A stretch of DNA of 64,000 nt from Fimbriosthenelais zetlandica (lineage: Eukaryota): the NCBI GenBank assembly GCA_977030845.1, contig OZ365110.1, positions 30,070,001-30,134,000 on the forward strand, read 5' to 3'. Below, in pieces: positions 63,184-64,000 of the stretch (the stretch's first letter is position 1; every line of letters begins with the position of its first letter). A program made the translations under genes and the position numbers. The notes beneath the pieces were generated by a model, which was not told where the DNA came from, ran no database searches, and saw only the letters and a list, made by a program, of their open reading frames with translations.

Positions 63184-64000
63184 GTTTGTTTATATTCAGG
63201 CACCGCAACACAATATTTTCCAGAGGAACAGTTCTATGATTTTAAAAGGTGACTTAAAGATCAGCAGTATTTCTATTTATCTCAAATAATTGATTAATTA
63301 ATATTTTACACTCTATTTTGATAATTTATCCTCTATTTTGTATATAATATCGCACATTTAGACGTGTCACTCGGAATGAATCCAAAAGGAGAAGCCTCTA
63401 GGGTTACGCCACCACAGGGAAAACTGAAAACTAATTGAGAATGCGACTGTAGTACCACTTCCGTCCGCTTGAGGGCTGCCTAGTACCATAGAAGTGTTCT
63501 TCTACGATAGTATGGCCGCTGGATAATCTATGGCTGGATAACCACTTGACGTGGTAGGCCGAATTCCAATTCCCATCCCATGGACCAAGCTCCATGCTAA
63601 GCACCATGATCAATGTTTCAATCTTCCACCCAAGGGTCCCATGTTCCAATCTCCCATGACCATGTTGTCCCTCCTACCAAGAATAGTTAGGCCTAGGCCC
63701 CCTACTCTAGGCCTACTATTCTTGCTCCTACCACAGATTAGTGTGTGCTCCTACGTAGGCTAGGCCTACCTGGTATTCTACTGGTAGGTAGGCCTACCCG
63801 GTAAATATTTCTTACAAGCCTAGGCCTACATCCTAAGAAATATAGGCCTACCAGGCCTAATTAGGAACACTTAGCGGTAGGCCTATGGTTGCATGGCTAG
63901 GTTATATCAGTAGGCCTAGGCCTAGTTTCCTGTTTGGTTCCTGTTCGTCTTTAATGCACGACATCCTTCAAAATTAAGGGAACAAAATCAACATTAGCCT

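Overview
AT-rich, intron-containing animal genomic DNA, probably from a marine invertebrate (inference from gene content and abundant TAGGCCTA/TACATGTA octamers; the taxon cannot be fixed from the sequence). Eight protein-coding genes could be assembled or partly assembled by hand from splice sites and reading frames: the 3' end of an ankyrin/SOCS-box gene (+), RNF4 (+, 7 coding exons), EFCAB9 (-, 4 exons) head-to-head with an intronless SLC2A8/Tret1-type sugar transporter (+), an intronless BTB-BACK-degenerate-Kelch gene (+), an inward-rectifier K+ channel (+, 5 exons), a ~4175-aa CENP-F orthologue (+, 14 coding exons, one of 10,188 bp, ending in the CAAX motif CKVQ), and WDR91 (-, 14 exons, one AT-AC U12-type intron). 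The intergenic DNA carries several non-autonomous elements. The most striking is a 743-bp element with near-perfect 244-bp TIRs, CAC...GTG ends and a 5-bp target duplication (Transib/RAG-like signature). There is also a nested repeat complex at 48.9-53.2 kb. Gene names come from remembered family motifs, not database searches.
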